From an uncultured Clostridia bacterium (GTDB taxonomy: Bacteria > Bacillota > Clostridia > Christensenellales > UBA1242): a stretch of DNA of 64,000 nucleotides. The notes under the pieces were generated by a model that searched no databases, was not told the origin of the DNA, and worked only from the letters and a program-made list of their open reading frames with translations. Shown here piece after piece: positions 63,534 through 64,000 of the stretch (position 1 is its first letter; each line of letters opens with the position of its first letter). The translations under genes and the position numbers were made by a program. The DNA lies in NCBI GenBank assembly GCA_930990515.1, contig CAKNPS010000003.1, positions 49,006 through 113,005 of the forward strand, given 5' to 3'.

Positions 63534-63611
63534 ACTTCTTACCTCACTATTGTTTAGATTTTGGCAAAGTAATCACAAATTAAAATTTATAGGAATTTTT
63601 TAAATTTTTAA

Positions 63612-63839
63612 TTAGTGTTTCACATTTTCATTGAGTTTTTTAAGAACGAAATCTGTTTCCATGCCGTGAACAAGGCAGGCTTCTTCCACTGTTTCCATTT
63701 GACTTACTGGGCAGGAAACACAATGCATACCAAATCCCATAAAAACTTCAGCAAGATTTTCGTCAATTTGTAAAACTTCGCCAATTGTCATATCTTTGTT
63801 TATTATATCTTTCTTATCTTCATTTTTCTTTTTTACCAT
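63612..63839 (-). CDS. DUF1858 (hybrid-cluster-protein-associated redox disulfide) domain protein
   Basis: 75 aa. DMTIGEVLQIDENLAEVFMGFGMHCVSCPVSQMETVEEACLVHGME matches the DUF1858 pattern with a CxxC pair. Confidence 0.65.
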   Translation of the reverse strand: MVKKKNEDKKDIINKDMTIGEVLQIDENLAEVFMGFGMHCVSCPVSQMETVEEACLVHGMETDFVLKKLNENVKH

Positions 63840-64000
63840 TTTATTTACCTCTTTTAAGTGCTTTGCACATAAACTAATGGTATTCTAACACAAAAACTTG
63901 AAAAAAGTCAACAATCGTTGATTGAATTTTTGGTCTAATTAAAGATGTTTTAAGATAATTGAATGGGTGTTAAGTATGGTATTTTAAGTTATATAGTCAA

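Overview
AT-rich chromosomal segment that reads like a spore-forming Firmicute with the standard genetic code. This is inferred from spoVB-like, spoIIQ-like M23 and spoIIID genes and Firmicute-style SD sites and promoters. The backbone is ordinary housekeeping: partial vanW-like, VTT/DedA-like, LysM, spoVB-like flippase, DUF421/DUF4363, glmU-like, pth, mfd, a PrsA/SurA-like lipoprotein, a UPF0104 flippase-like protein, M23 peptidase, acpP, spoIIID, uvrB, uvrA, two MBL hydrolases, two radC paralogs, class II fba, tRNA-Thr(GGU), an ABC exporter (2 ATPases plus permease), hflX and a DUF1858 protein. One uninterrupted 22.1 kb gene (18700..40824) takes up a third of the window. It encodes a ~7,374-aa lipoprotein with N-terminal Ig-like repeats and at least six modules carrying GLUG-type GG(I/V/L)(V/I/A)G motifs. 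Near its C-terminus it has a GNGGNG glycine-rich block, a glycine-zipper hydrophobic hairpin and an unassignable ~230-aa terminal domain. A radC-like JAB gene follows 23 nt later with no terminator between. Secondary observations:
- a C9 homopolymer in the -35/-10 spacer of a lipoprotein promoter (candidate phase switch)
- an 83-bp perfect duplication of the tRNA-Thr 3' end plus terminator (att-like scar)
- a phosphodiesterase gene broken at a G5 run
- a decayed InlB-B-repeat surface gene next to ~98-bp palindrome-rich tandem repeats
- a divergent pair of membrane-tethered winged-helix-like proteins
- an 850-aa orphan with mTERF-like helical repeats
I saw no integrase, transposase, CRISPR array or rRNA. 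Family assignments rest on motif recognition by eye. No database search was possible, so novelty cannot be established here.
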